Below, piece by piece: positions 29,577 to 44,045 of a stretch of DNA of 64,000 nucleotides. The position numbers were made by a program, and so were the translations under genes. Position 1 is the stretch's first letter, and each line of letters begins with the position of its first letter. The notes under the pieces were generated by a model. That model saw nothing but the letters and a program-made list of their open reading frames with translations. It was not told the origin of the DNA and searched no databases. The DNA is from Octopus vulgaris. Lineage: Eukaryota. The stretch covers positions 87,420,001-87,484,000 of the forward strand of contig OX597825.1 of NCBI GenBank assembly GCA_951406725.2. The letters run 5' to 3'.

Positions 29577-29798
29577 ATGTGTATTTAACTTTTGTGTGTG
29601 TATATAGATATACATGTATATATGTATGTATGTGCGTGCATATGTGTGTTTGTATGTGCGTGTGTATAAATCAAGTGACCCTCACAAGTGTATATGACCC
29701 TGTGGTGTACTTTTGCAATTTATGTTAGGGTTCTTTGTCGTTCCAAGTAACCGTTATGGACCTCCCCTCTTGACTAACTGGAACAGCCAGAGAGAGAA

Positions 29799-29830
<32 letters not shown>

Positions 29831-30726
29831 TAAGTGAGAGAGATGGAGTAAGTCGTGAGACTTTACAATGCTTGGCTGCTACTCATATTTAGACGACTTA
29901 GACTGGAGTAACGAGATTCAAAATCTTACTCAAGGACATCATGCACCATTTGTGTAAGACACTAACCACTAGGCCACGTGCCTTTATATGATTTTATGGG
30001 TATAAATGTGCAAGATTGTTTAAATGTATGGGTACGCTTATATACAAAGATATACATATATGTGTATATTTGCGTGTATATATATATACATACATATATA
30101 TCTCCCACTATTCTATCCTATTTCTCTGTCACTCTCTCTCTCTCTCACTGCTTCTCCCTTGCTCACGTGGCTACCACGTGACCATCTTTCTTTCTTTCTT
30201 TCTCTCCGTTGTGGCTGGAACGAGGAAGACGTTTTCTTATGTAATTTACTTTGCGAGAGCAACTGTTTTATCGAAAGCGTATATTGTAGTTAAATTGTCG
30301 AATTACGAGTGTAGAAAAGCAGCCAACAACTGATGAAGGGTATTTCTTTATGTTTTGTTTTCCATTTGTGTCTTTCGTTGTTCGAAAGAATAGATCATTT
30401 TCCATGTACTTGTATTTCGTATGTATTGTTGTACACGTTTCGTGACGTCCTGTGCCCACATATGAACACACACACACACAATGCATATAGTTCACTTCGA
30501 AAACGTCGTAAGTGATGAACACTTGATACAATTGCAGCGACTAGGGTGCATAATTGCATACAGAGCAATGTGTGGTGGCTGCAATTACAACGCTTGTTGG
30601 CCATTGTTATATATGCTGCAGAAAACATGTTTCATAAAATGTTTTGCATGTGAATAAATCTCCACTCTCCTCTTCGTTTTAAATTATATATATATGTGTG
30701 TGTGTGAGTGTGCTTTTGTGTGTGTG

Positions 30727-30770
<44 letters not shown>

Positions 30771-33700
30771 TGTGTGTGTGTGTAGGATAATCCGTTGGCA
30801 ATTCGAGTGCCTTGTATTCCTTTATGTATTACTATTAATCAGACACCATTTTAACGCGATTAGACATTACATATCTTCCTCTACTGCAATCCCGACATTC
30901 CAACACATTCGCACATCTGCTTGTAATAAAGAACCAACACAAACAGATGTTGATTATAGCACGTAGAAGCTCTCATATAAAACACATATGTAAATGATGG
31001 CATCTAACATATATTTGTTAAAGCATCATCTTTTTGGTTAATTCTGATTGTGCTCAAAATTTCATATCAGAAAAACTATCTTTTATTTGGAGTGCTTCAT
31101 TGTGAATCCTGCCGCTTTTTTTTTATATCGTATACACTTAATCCTTTTTAATCTGAAATTAATAGTTACAAATCTCTTCAACTACAGCATACCATTTTGG
31201 CGAAGTGTTACTATGGCAACACTGTTTCAAAAGCTATGGTAACGATAACAGATTAAATATGATTCAGAAGTAGATATTCTGATAGGTTCACAGTATCTAA
31301 ACACAAATGAAACGAAAACTATCGCACAATCTCTTTCTTTCATTTTTTTTCTTTTAATATTCTATACAAATTCTTTTTATAAACGTATCTGATGCTGCTC
31401 TATTGAAATTACCTAAAGTGACATCGTGACAAAATGTGTTTCAAATAGCATTTCATTTCGAAAAATTACATTTCATTACCTCCTAATATGAAAAATAGAT
31501 TGACACTTCGTAACTTTAACAAAATTTCTTTTATTTTGACATCACCGTTAATAAATAGTAGCATTTAAAAAACGAATTTGTTGTTGATATATTTTTGTTT
31601 GTTTTCTACTACTTTATTTGATTATTTTGAATTTTCAATTATTATTATCAGACTTCCATTATTAACAAAATATAATAATAATAATTAAATAAACTAAACA
31701 GTATTAATTTACAAAGCTTTTACTTCTAGGAAGACAATATGTATTTACTACGGAGTGGTGGTGGTGGTGGGGTGGGGGTGGGGCAGATCTGTTTTAATAA
31801 AAGATTACTGAGAAATATTCCTTTCTTGTCGTTATCTCAGTTTGTAAGAATATAGTTCACCATTCAAATTAGAAACAATTCCCGACACAGTTTTACTAAA
31901 AATTCAAGTTTTGAATCTAAACTAAATGCTTAAATACATGCTTATAGTAAAATCTCAAATCTCAAAGTTCCCAGCTCAGTAACATTTTCACTGTCTCAGA
32001 TCACTCCATCAAAATATTCATTTAACTAATGTCAACATCTTCCACCGCTTTTGTTCTCACAATTAGAGTTGTTTAAGAGTGTTATATGTGAAACCTGGTC
32101 TTGCACAACTGTCTTCTTTTTGTCTAATTAAAACCCTTGGCACCTCTGATTTCGGTTGCCTTAGAAAGGCAGTAAAGCTGGCCGAATATTTAGAACGACG
32201 AAACATAAAAAAAAGACTTTGTGGTATTTTCCCTTTCTTTTTACGTACTGATTTCAAATCCCGTCAAAGTAAAGTATTCTTCTATTTTTCGGCCTTCGAT
32301 ACAATCAATCAAGTTCTAGGGTTGATATTATCGACTAATCTTATCTGACTAATTCTGATTACATCACAAACCATTATGAGTATCTCAGACACTCATTAAC
32401 CGGTTATTTTGCTGGTGATTAACAAGGTTAAGATGGGTGCAAGCCATAAGAAATATTCTCTGATAATGCAACCTTGCTGGTTATAATTGTGAGTCAGGTG
32501 CTAGGTGTTTTCTTTTGTTTCCTGTAAGGCGTCGCGAATCGGAACCGAAATCAAGCAAAATCATTTCTTTCTACCTTCATTTTGTGACAGACATTAAAAC
32601 ACAATCTTCAATATACTGACGTTAAATTTCATAACATATTTCCTTATCTTTTGATAAAATGTTCTTTTTGTCAAAATCTAATCAAAATACATCAACGTTA
32701 TCCGCTACGTTCATTCATATGCACAGAGTTAACCGAGGTACATAACCGTTAGCATCTAAAACGATATTTATATAGTTTGAATGATGCTTTTCAAGTTCAA
32801 TTTGTGTTGTTTTACCAATGTTGATAGTTTAGTTATATATATTTTTTCCGTCTTACATGAACTTATTGGTGGGGAATCAGTTGCTGATTTTGATTTTAGA
32901 GATCTGAAATTAATCAAAGATTATTGTTTTAGGAATAAACCAGGAGTCCATACATTTCAAAACAACAAACAGAATCATTGGTTTAGAGAAAGTCTCTGCT
33001 TCTATGATATTGCACGGCCTCTACTTTGTCGCACATGCTCCTGATATATATTATAGAAATTTCATGTGCATTTAGCTACAGCAGTGATTATATTAACAAA
33101 AAGCAACAAATTGCAACTTCGTGATGTCTTATGGAACCTTGGTGTATATGACAGTCATGTTTCTTACATAAAGACGAATGATACAATGAAGTAAAATGCT
33201 TTAAATGGACATCTAAACTGCTTAACAAATCCACCAGACAAGGAGCGTAGTTCTTTGTTAGTTGCCGCCATAAACACAGCATGGAATCTACCTTACGTTA
33301 TTTGCCTTTTTTTCTATGAGAAGGAAACGACAAGTTATACAGATATTTTGGAAACACTCAACTAATCTTAATACTTCACTTAATACAGTGAGATACCTAA
33401 ACTAAAATATTTCATTTCACTTGCACATCCCTAATTCTCTTGACTAAGTCATTGCCTGTTTGACAGGTTTGTAAATTCCTAACGTTGTAATTGTTTAATT
33501 TTTAAAGTAAGATAATATTGTGATGTCTGTGTATGGAACTTTGGAAGAGGAGTTATGTTCCCGGTGTGCTGCTTCTTAAAGTCTGATTTCCATTCTCGGC
33601 CAGAATCATTATACACCTTTAGAACTCTTCGAACAGTCAGTCACACACACATCAAACACACCACTTCTCCTCCAAATAATATCAAACATCCTGTCTATGC

Positions 33701-34804
33701 TACAAAACCTTATTTAATGCATTTTTTATGTTATTCTTCTGTGAGAGGATATGAAGTAATGGATTTCGAAACAATAGTCAAAGTTACTAAATTCTGTTTC
33801 AGAAGCAGCATTGGGCATCGCTTTGAAGATTAAAGAAAATGCTTTGTTTAAAATGAGCAGAGAGAAAAGGAGAGAATGAAAGGAATCTAATATATTTAGC
33901 GTTTAACGAGTGTTCTTAGCTGCGTAACTTACCACTTCACTCGCAAGAAATTTTCCTGGTTTTAGATCAGAAAATACTTTTCTCTTGAACTGTATAAATT
34001 CCACTTGACGTGTGATGCAACCGTGACATCTCTAACAAGACAGATAATTAATACAAGCAAAGAAACTGGCCACAAAACGCTGAATTCTGTGCATGGATAT
34101 ATATATAAGCTTGGAACAAATGTAATTTTCTAGAGGATTCCTGAATGTTCCATCAATTTCTAAATAATGTCATGAATAATTGGCTTTCAAACTTACTAAT
34201 CATCAAACAACTTCAGTAGAAATTGTCGTTGATTCTTTGAATGGTTAAATACAATAGTTTTATGTCCTCGTTGTGTATTCTTAAAGTTAAAAAGAAATTT
34301 GTTAAACTAAAAAGCTGTTTGAGTAATTTTGTTTCCTTATATGGACAAGAATGAGGAAAAGAGTTGTAAAGCAATGAATATTTATTTGCCTACAAAAATA
34401 TACCCTTGTCAGTGATTATTATTTAAAATAATATTGACTGGGAATATCAGTTATAAGCAGAATCTTCGTCTATTATGACTATAGTTTATATTTTCTACAA
34501 GATTTTAACTCTAAACGCAAAATGGTGGGGAAGGGGAACGGCGTTTCCACGCTACAAACAATTGAGCTGCAGGTAACATGCAGTTGGATGCATTCATATT
34601 TCATGTGGAACGAATACGTGATTGTCTGCTGCTCAATGTAGCCACAGGTTAGAAAGTGAATCTCAGTTAAGCAGTTCAATATCAGATTAATTCCTCTAAT
34701 AATTGGTATGCATGGCTGCTAATTCCATAAATATTTTGTGAATTCCTCTTCTGTGGCAAACTTTTGATAAGGAAATTTCCTTAAATTGTAATTTGATTCT
34801 GAGT

Positions 34805-35070
34805 GAAAGCGCGTGGCTAAGTGGTTACAGTATTCGGTTCCTGATCATAAGGTCATCAGTTCGATTCCCTGAACAACATTTACTTATTGTTGCTCCAATC
34901 CATTCAGCTGGCAAAAAGTGAGTTGTAGCAGTAATCAAATGGCCAACCTTGTCGCATTCGCTGATTGTCCCTGAGAACTATATTAAGGGCACGTGTCTGT
35001 GGAGTGCTCAGCCACTTGCACGTTCAGCTCTCGAGCAGAACTGTTCCGTCGATTCAATCAACGGGAACAG
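34805..35070 (+). mobile_element. tRNA-derived SINE, family D (decayed inverted relatives at ~2830-3094 and ~29760-29980)
   Basis: gcgcgtggctaagtggtta A box, agttcgattccc B box; tail cacgtgtctgtggagtgctcagccacttgcacg. Confidence 0.75.
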
Positions 35071-35860
35071 GAGACTGAGAGTCAAGCCGTGACTTGTAGA
35101 TGGAGTTAGATCGATTATAACTGATCCGATAATTTTCTTGAAATTACTTCAATTCTATATACCCAGGTTGTCGAAACACTCGCCAATATTATAAATGTCC
35201 TTCTGCTTACATTAGTGAGCATAATTAACATTGACGTCGGTTTATTTTATCGGAACTTTTCAGAGTGTGGAGTCTAGTTCATTAACATTGTACGCATATT
35301 ATAACAGCCATCTTGTAGGTTCTTCTCTGATTGTTTATCTGTTATTTGTTCCATACAAAATTGTCTTCACGCAAATCATAGTTTAAAAACCCGTAGAACA
35401 AAACTAGATAATAGCAAACATATAATATCTCGCTTTCTATTCTGCGTTAAAGAGTTAATTTCTTACACATCCCAATTAATGTAAACGAATAGAGCATATA
35501 CTAAAAGTATTACTATCAAAGAAATAGTAGGAAGGACCAAATTGGCTTCGTCTGCGACATGAACCCAGTAAAGTAACCTAGAAAACATGAACTTGTTTTA
35601 TACTAAATAAAATTCATCACCACACACGCACGCAAATATATTATTGGCAGGACTGCAGATACGAATATGATATTGACGTTAATACGTTATGTCATTTGCA
35701 AATATTCCCAGAGGATTGTATTTTAACTGTTCTGAGACTGTTCGAACGAACAAACAGATACGATGACGTCAATGCTAAAGTATAAGATTGTTATTACAAA
35801 ACAACATTTATATCTATTCAGTTGCTGAGTAAATATTTATAAATAATTTCGCACACAGAC

Positions 35861-35901
<41 letters not shown>

Positions 35902-36107
35902 CATACATACATGACTGTATGCATATACCCAAATATGGATCAGTGTATGTATATACTAATGTGAACACCGTATTTAAAGGATATCGTAATTTTGAAAATA
36001 GTATTCAGACATGATATTAACACTCACACACACATGTATGCATGCACACATGCTCAGACACACACACACACATAATATTAAAATATTAACATATATTTAT
36101 ATATAAG

Positions 36108-37180
36108 CTAGCTTAAGGTGACCCGCTCTACGCGCGGGTGAGGGTGTGGTTGTTAGTTTCTGTTGCCTCCTTTCTGTTTCTTATCGCCACATTCTCCCTC
36201 TTTGTTTCTATCTCCATTCTCTCTCACTTTCACACTATCTTACTTTTCCTTTCTCTCGGACTCTCCCTCGCTTTCTCTTACTCATTATCTTTTTCTATCC
36301 CTCTCTCTCTTCGATTTATAAAGAACAAAAGATCTTGAGTAAGTTGAAAAAAAAAAGTATGTTGAAAGATCAATCATAAATATCAGGCAGTCCAAAGGAA
36401 AGGTCTGCTCCAAGGCGGACAGCAAAACACTAAGTTACGAGCTGAATAAAAACATATATTGGAAACCAAAGTGTGGAGGGATAGAACCTGAGGATAGTAG
36501 ACTCACCATGGCTGGCATTCAATTTTGAACTTGATATAAAAGAAAATTCCTAAACACCAAGTTTTGAAGTGATTCTTTCTCACGACAGTAGACTCACCAC
36601 GGCAGGCATTCAAAACTGCTTCATGACGGACGGCAACACATTGACGATTTAAAGGCTGGCGCAATTTTTTTAACTTGATGTAACAGAGAATTCCTAAACG
36701 TCCCCTCCTGTAAATTTTAATCCCCTTCCAGCTCCATTTATACCCCTTTTCACATAAAAATCCAATTTGTATCAACGTAATAATTCACCGTTCTAAAAAA
36801 CCTGTAGCGGGAATATTTAAACTTTTGCGGCTGACGTACAGTGAGAGAGGTGGTGGGAGAAAGAGTGACAGAGAGACGGCGAAGTTGTCAAACGTCGTTA
36901 TAGAGAGAAATTGGAGGGAAGGAAGGAAAGAGAGAAATGGAGGAACACAGGCTGGTATGCGAAAGTGAGAAACGGCAAAAACTTGTCAAAGTGTGGGTTT
37001 TGTTACCCTAGTAACCACAGCTTTTGAGATAGGAGTTTCTAACCTATTCCACTTACTTCCTCGTCTCTTTTTACATGTCCCTGTAAATTTTGGAGCCAAT
37101 CCGACCCGATCTAGTGCATCTAGTTCCAATCCCAAAAAAGGACAAACAAATTTTTCGCATTTCAGGTTTATAGATAGAGA
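36108..37180 (-). mobile_element. Non-autonomous Helitron-type element
   Basis: Minus strand begins TCTCTATCTATAAA and ends with hairpin cccgcgcgtagagcggg about 10 nt before CTAG. Confidence 0.7.
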
Positions 37181-37378
37181 CTAGTGTCAGGTGACCCCCG
37201 TCTACGCGTGGGTTGTTACTTTTGTTGCTTCCTTTCTGTTTCTTATCGCCACATTCTCCCTCTTTGTTTCTCTCTCCTTTCTCTCTCCTTTCCCACTCTC
37301 TTACTCTTCCTTTCTCTCGGACTCTCGCTATCTCTTACTCTCTATTTTTCTATCTATATATCTACCATTTATTAAAAA
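37181..37378 (-). mobile_element. 3' end of a second, related Helitron-type element abutting the first
   Basis: 37181-37378 repeats ~36108-36320 (ctag..ggtgaccc..tctacgcg..cctttctgtttcttatcgccacattctccctc). Confidence 0.7.
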
Positions 37379-37528
37379 AATAGATTTCCGCGCTTAAATT
37401 ACAAATTCGCTTCCACTTTTCCATGTTCAAAATTAGATTGAAATTGGGCAAAAGGTATCTAATCTTAAAATAACTTGACCACTTGATAAAATCGTTATTT
37501 TATTATAAATTAGCGATCTTATCCTTAC

Positions 37529-37590
<62 letters not shown>

Positions 37591-37846
37591 GTATGTATGT
37601 ATGTATACATATATATATATGCAAAACATGCATACACATGGATATCCACACTCACATACACGTACACACACATGCATAAACTCATATATATTTATATTGA
37701 TGCACATAAATCAACTCATGTATCTAGTTATGCAAATATACGTAGGCATACTTACACACAAACACACATATATATATTATATATAATATATATATATAAT
37801 ATATAGTATAAAATATATAATATAATATAATATATAATATAATATA

Positions 37847-37912
<66 letters not shown>

Positions 37913-38051
37913 ATGTGTGTATAAATATATATATATAGTCATTAATAATGGTTCTCAGTTCGATCCCTGTGCCAAGCATTTTTGGAAGTGTCTTCTAAGT
38001 TTGATTTGATAGTAGGGAAACAGTCTCTTGTGTCTATATGTCAATATGTGT

Positions 38052-38089
<38 letters not shown>

Positions 38090-38366
38090 GTGTGCGTGTA
38101 TGTGATTTTGTAAACCCGTGTGCTGAGTTGCATCGCTCTATTTTAGCAGAGACTAGTTATCCATTCGACAAATACTCATCGATTAAATAAAACCTATATT
38201 GAAAGAATTGTAAAGAATGTGTGTGTGTGTGTGTTACAATGGCTGATTGGCACAGTTGCTTCAGCATCGGATAAACTGTTTTGCGGTAATTTGGCCGGTT
38301 CAAATCTTACTGAGGTCGATTTTGCCGTTTATCATTTCGGATCATTAAATAAAGAACACACAGACT

Positions 38367-38398
<32 letters not shown>

Positions 38399-38538
38399 CA
38401 CACACCTGTGTATTTGTGTTTGTGCCGTGGCCGTGTTGTGTGAGTGTGTGTCTGCAGTGGATGGCGATGGAGGTAGAAATGAATTAGTGATAAATAATAA
38501 CAAGTGTTTGATGAAATGTTTCCGAATTTTCTTTCCAG

Positions 38539-38616
38539 GCAGAGAGCATGCGCGAGATGATTGGTTACCCAGACAAAATCTTGAATGACACGGAACTCGA
38601 TCGTCAATATAAACAG
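38539..38616 (+). CDS. Next internal exon of the M13 peptidase: AESMREMIGYPDKILNDTELDRQYKQ
   Basis: ttttctttccAG acceptor, GTAAGG donor; 78 nt, phase 0/0. Contains the diagnostic IGYPD motif that follows A.EK in neprilysin/ECE. Confidence 0.93.
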
Positions 38617-39975
38617 GTAAGGAAATTGCTTTCTTAAAATCTGAAACGTCTAGAATCTCCTCGCGGTGAAATGTTAACATCATTTTTTATTGTTTTTTGC
38701 CGAAATTATTTAAATCTGGCTGTCTCTTACAAAGATGTATGTTGTAAAAATTTTGAAAAAATATGAGGTTGCAAGCTAATGCATAATATATTTTGTGCCG
38801 TATTTTAAAAGATTTACTGCTTTTATAAGCTAAGTTTATTGTTTCCATGGTTAATTAATGATGCCAAATATTTAAATATTCATTAAAGAAGAAAGTAGCG
38901 AAATTATTCTACAGTTACTCTGTTTTGATAAACACTAAAATCACAGGTGCGAAGTACTGCCGTTTCCCACCTCTTACACTTTCGAGGTGTTTTATGTATA
39001 AGCTTATCCCTCGAGAACTATTTAGGATATCTAGATATCTAGTCATGAAGGATTAAAACTTCTTTGGGGTTTTTTAAAGAACAAAATATCCACTAACTTT
39101 CTGAGAAGTTGCAAAAGAACAATCATATTTATTAATAGAAATACTTGATGCTAATTTTCGGATCATTCCATAAATATGAAAACCAGGTTGTTGTGAATTC
39201 GCACAGAGATGCGATAGCAAGAATATATGAAGGAAGAGAAATGCAGTCGTATGTATTCATATATTTTGTAATAGAATTGGATATGTAAGGAGAATAAATG
39301 GATTGAACGAGGAATACAAATTTACTTGTATAAATGGCCTCTCCACAGCTTATTACATCTATGGCTTTAGTAATCATTAAGACAGAATTTCAGGAACATG
39401 GTGCAGAAAATTTGTGTATTTTATAGAAATCCAGCCTATAAGGAAATTGAAATCGTAAAACTGGTCGATTGGAAAATTGATAACACAGGAGAAAAAACTC
39501 CACTGTAAAGTAAAAAAATAATGTAGCAGGAAGAAAAAAGATATTTCCTCTCGCTATCTCTTTAATAGGAGATCACCATTTCTACGATATAGACATTATT
39601 GGCAAATCTATTCTGAAGAATATTTCCTTAAAGAATTGAGCATTAAGAACATGCGCTCTATGTAAATTATATCTCTGTAAATACTTTTTCGTTAAAAATT
39701 CCTTTTATATCTGCGACATTTTTTCTTGTTAAACTATCATTAAAGAACATTTCTTAAATATTCTACAGAGAAAATGTGAGAACCTTTTTACAATGTAAAT
39801 ACGTTGATGTTTTATGGAATATTCTTTATCAGAAATGCTGATCGATAGATGCTCTCATGAAAAATGGAAAAGTTAAAGACAAAGCTATAAATCTTCTGAA
39901 AAACTTGCAACCTTATTTAGCTTACTGAGTTAAACCTCTTACTATATACAGGCTCATCTAACTGCTTATCTATCA

Positions 39976-40062
<87 letters not shown>

Positions 40063-40063
<1 letters not shown>

Positions 40064-41223
40064 GATGCGCAGACACGCGCTGAGACTGCGACATCTCCGG
40101 CTCTATGTAGACGACGGTGAACAGGTGTGGTCGCCGTTTGTGAGGCACGCATTCCCGCAACTCGTATCCATGACCGAACTACAGTCGTGGATCAAAAAGA
40201 GGCCGAAGAAGGGCGAATGGCACCGCGAGTGTCGCGTTGCTCTCAAGCAACTCTGCCGTCCCGGGTCGACCTTGAGTGACTTCAACACAACCAAAGCATT
40301 CTATAGGGGATTAGTGGAGGGGAGGTACGACGACGAGCTCGGGGCAAACCTGGGCGTCGACGAGGAATACCTGTTTCAAACGACTTTCGGCCCGGGACCT
40401 ATGGACAACTTCCAGAGATCCCTGGCCTGGCGGTGCTACCGAGAAGCGCTACCCGTTCGGGATAAGCTCTATAGGCATGGCTCGAGAAACACGGGGCCGA
40501 CCTGCCCGAGATGCGGTCAGAGCGACGAAACCGCTCTGCACGCAGTCGTGCAGTGTCCAGCAATTTCCCACCTGTGGGCTTATGTCGAACGACTGCTGTC
40601 ACGTGTGGGACGTGTCGGTTTATCCGCCGAGTCTATCGTTAATATCGTCACGCCTCCTTCCTTCAAACGGGAAGGAAGAGCTATTTTTATCATACTTGTG
40701 GCTATGGCGAAAGAATGTATCTGGTGGACGCGTCTGAAAGGATTAGAGACAAACACTTTCCTCTCTGGTCAATCTCTCATCAACTTCTTCAAGTATCACT
40801 TGAAGAAAAAGTGAGAGTAGAGAGGCAAGTTTTGTCTAGTGAATGTTTTAAAAAAAGATGGGTGAATGTAGCAAGGATGGCACGTATGAATGACGAAGCC
40901 ACCTTGACTATGATTCTATGAACCGTAAAAATTAATACAGAGAGTTGCTTATTTGCAAAAAAAAAAAAAAAAAAAAAGAAATATAACATGTGACTTCATT
41001 GACCGAGGTTACCGTGGTCTTTTCCGTAGGCTTTTCTTTCCACGGGTAAACCTCACCTGTCCTCCCCTTTACACTTCATATTGACATTTCTGTGATAACG
41101 ATCCCTATTGATCAATTTTTTTCCTCTCCCCCTTTTTTTTTAACCCCCCCTTTTTTGTCCTCTTTCTCTCCTTTTACGATCCCTTTTGATCGACCCCCCT
41201 TTTTTATTTTATTTTATTTTTTA

Positions 41224-41254
<31 letters not shown>

Positions 41255-41342
41255 TATTTTTTTTTTTTAAACCTTCAAAAGAAAAGCTCTACCTTGTAAT
41301 TTGTTCTATCTGTGTGCAGCCCTGTGTGGCTAATAAAGAAAC
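40063..41342 (+). mobile_element. 5'-truncated L1/Tx1-clade LINE (ORF2 C-terminus with zf-RVT, plus 3' UTR)
   Basis: RSLAWRCYREALPVRDKLYRHG...CPRCGQSDETALHAVVQCP is a CCHC zf-RVT motif; one frameshift near 40808; ends in AATAAA; (TATC)n on both sides. Confidence 0.9.
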
Positions 41343-41367
41343 ATATCTATCTATCTATCTATCTATC

Positions 41368-42747
41368 GACCTGGAGAAGAGGACCTCCAAATGGAGAAGA
41401 ACTGGGGCAAAATAACGACTAAAAGGTCGGGCGAAGGTGACGAACGCGTACCTCGCATCCGTCATCGAGTGCAGTATGACCGTCGTGCCTTGTCCCGACC
41501 CTACCATCACCAAACTGGAACACATGCTCTTCCGCTTCCTGTGGAAGGGAAGCGTTCCGATGGTTAGGCGATCCATTTACTGTCAACACTCGCTAAATGG
41601 AGGGCTAGGCATGCCGTGGTTGATGATGCGCAGACATGGCTGAGACTGCGACATCTCCGGCGCTCCATACACGACGGTGAACAGGTGTGGTCGCCTTTTG
41701 TGCGACGCGCTTTCCTGCAGCTCGTCTCCTTGGCCGAGCTACAATCGTGGATCAAACAGAGACCGAGGCACCGTGAGTGTCGCGTTGCTCTCAAGCGACT
41801 CTGCCGTCCGGGACCAAATTTGTGCAACTTCATTACAACAAAGGCGTTCTATAGAGGATTAGTAGAGGGGAGGTGCGACGACGTTCTCGGGCAAAATCTG
41901 GGCGTCGACGAGAGACACCTGACCCGCCTGTTCAGGGCAACTTTCAGGACAATCACCAAAGATCCCTGGCCTGGCAGTGCTATCGAGAAGCATTACCTGT
42001 TCGGGATAAGCTCTACAGGCACGGTTCGAGACACACTGGACCGACTTGCCAGAGATGCGGTAAGAGCGACGAAACCGTTCTGCACGCACTCGTGCAGTGT
42101 CCATCCATTTCGGACCTGCGGGCTTATGCCGAACGGCTGCTGTCGGTGTGGGACAAGTCCGCCTGTCGGCCGAGTCTATCGTCTGTAGTCGCTCCGGCCC
42201 TTCCCTCACCCGGGAAGGCAAGGCAGTCTTCATCGTACTGGTGGCCATGGGGAAAGAATGTGTATGGTGGACTCGAGCGAAAGGATTAGAGACAAAGACT
42301 TACCTCTCTGGCCAATCGCTCAACTTTTTCAAGTACCACTTGAAAAGGAAGGTGAGAATGGAGAGGCAGGTTTCGTCTCGTGAAAGTTTCAAAAAAAGAT
42401 GGGTCAATGTAGCAAAGATGGTGCGTGCGAGTGACGAAACCACTTTCAGCATGATCCTGTAAATCGTAAAAGAGAGGGAGAGAGAGCACTTTGCTCTGAT
42501 GTGTTTATTTCCTCCTTGACTGAGGTTACCGTAGACTTTTCTGTAGGTTTTTCTTTCCACGGATGAACCTAATCTTGTTTCTTACTTTTTAAAAGAAATT
42601 TCTTTCTGTGATACACGATCCCTTTTGATCGGAATTTTACATCTGTTTCCATTTTTTTCCATTTTCATTTCCATCTTCGAAAAGAAAAGCTCTACATTTG
42701 TATTTGTCCCCTCTGTGTTCAGCCCTGTGTGGCCAATAAATAAAGTT
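41368..42747 (+). mobile_element. Second, diverged 5'-truncated L1/Tx1-clade LINE in tandem
   Basis: LKGRAKVTNAYLAS..LFRFLWKG..GGLGMP post-RT region, then CQRCGKSDETVLHALVQCP; several frameshifts; AATAAA then (TATC)n. Confidence 0.9.
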
Positions 42748-42758
42748 ATCTCTCTCTA

Positions 42759-42852
<94 letters not shown>

Positions 42853-43659
42853 CTTGACAGTTTAACAAACGAGCTGTTTTAATGGGGCAGATTTTCATGT
42901 GTTTTTATGTACATTTTGACACGCAGGAAGCGTAGAAAAATATCATTGAAATAGTAAACTTCCTTCGTTCCTGTTTTAACACGTTCTTGCCATACGTGTG
43001 TGTGTGTGTAATTTGCAATTACCTAATTTTGTAGTAGAGAAATCGGCTTACAAACTCTTATGTTGGAAATAATTCCTAAGTAAATTAGCAAGATTTGTTT
43101 ATTTATTTATAATCCTGTGATTCTCTTATTTTTCTGGAAATCATTCCAGCACTTTCCCCTTCCATATAATTATTTTCTTTATTCACTTTTGTACTTCTAC
43201 GAATTCTAAATACACGAAGCTAAAGAAAAAATATCAGAAACAAATAGAAAAAAAAAAGGCAACAGACGAATCAAATAAATGCAAGTCGTCAAATGCGAAT
43301 GAAATCTAGAAAAGTTTATATCAAACCTGATGGCAACAATGCTTTGATTAGTTATATGCAGTTGGAAATCAAATGATTTGGACACTTATTTTTAGGAGGG
43401 AGAGAAATGCAAAGGTCTTCATGTTGCGTCCGCTGGAAACAGTCATGTTCGCATCTATACAGATAAAATCACATATTAGCTTCAGTGTGGCCGCCATATT
43501 CCATTATGGGGTTTGTTTCCTAATTTAAGCCTAAAAAAGGCGACATAGTTTCTTCCAACTAAAGACTGTGACAGCAGTAAGATTCTAAGTTCTAAGGCTA
43601 AGTTTAAGAAGGTCAACATATAAAGTGACTAAATTGCCACCGGAAAAATATATTTCTGC

Positions 43660-43663
<4 letters not shown>

Positions 43664-43739
<76 letters not shown>

Positions 43740-43940
43740 TCTTCTTCTTTATTAGGAGTATTGCAAAAGTGGGCATTACTTGGAACTGCATGCGTATTGC
43801 GTAAAGTACTGTTTGTCTGAGGTCGTTGTTGTGACTTTTCAAACAGTACGAAACCCCTGGTAGACACATTATCTTCAATCAACAACCTCTCGATATTGTA
43901 TACTGTGCAACGTCTATAATAATAATAATGATGATGATAA

Positions 43941-44023
<83 letters not shown>

Positions 44024-44045
44024 ATAATAATAATAATAATAATAA
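43664..44045. repeat. Compound trinucleotide tracts (TAC)n/(TAA)n around the R4-like fragment
   Basis: Direct reading. Confidence 0.9.
43755..43915 (+). mobile_element. 3' end of an RLE-type non-LTR retrotransposon (R4/Dong-like)
   Basis: Translates GVLQKWALLGTACVLRKVLFV*, resembling the typical LQK..LLGTA.ILRKVL terminus; short UTR, then (TAA)n. Confidence 0.7.
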
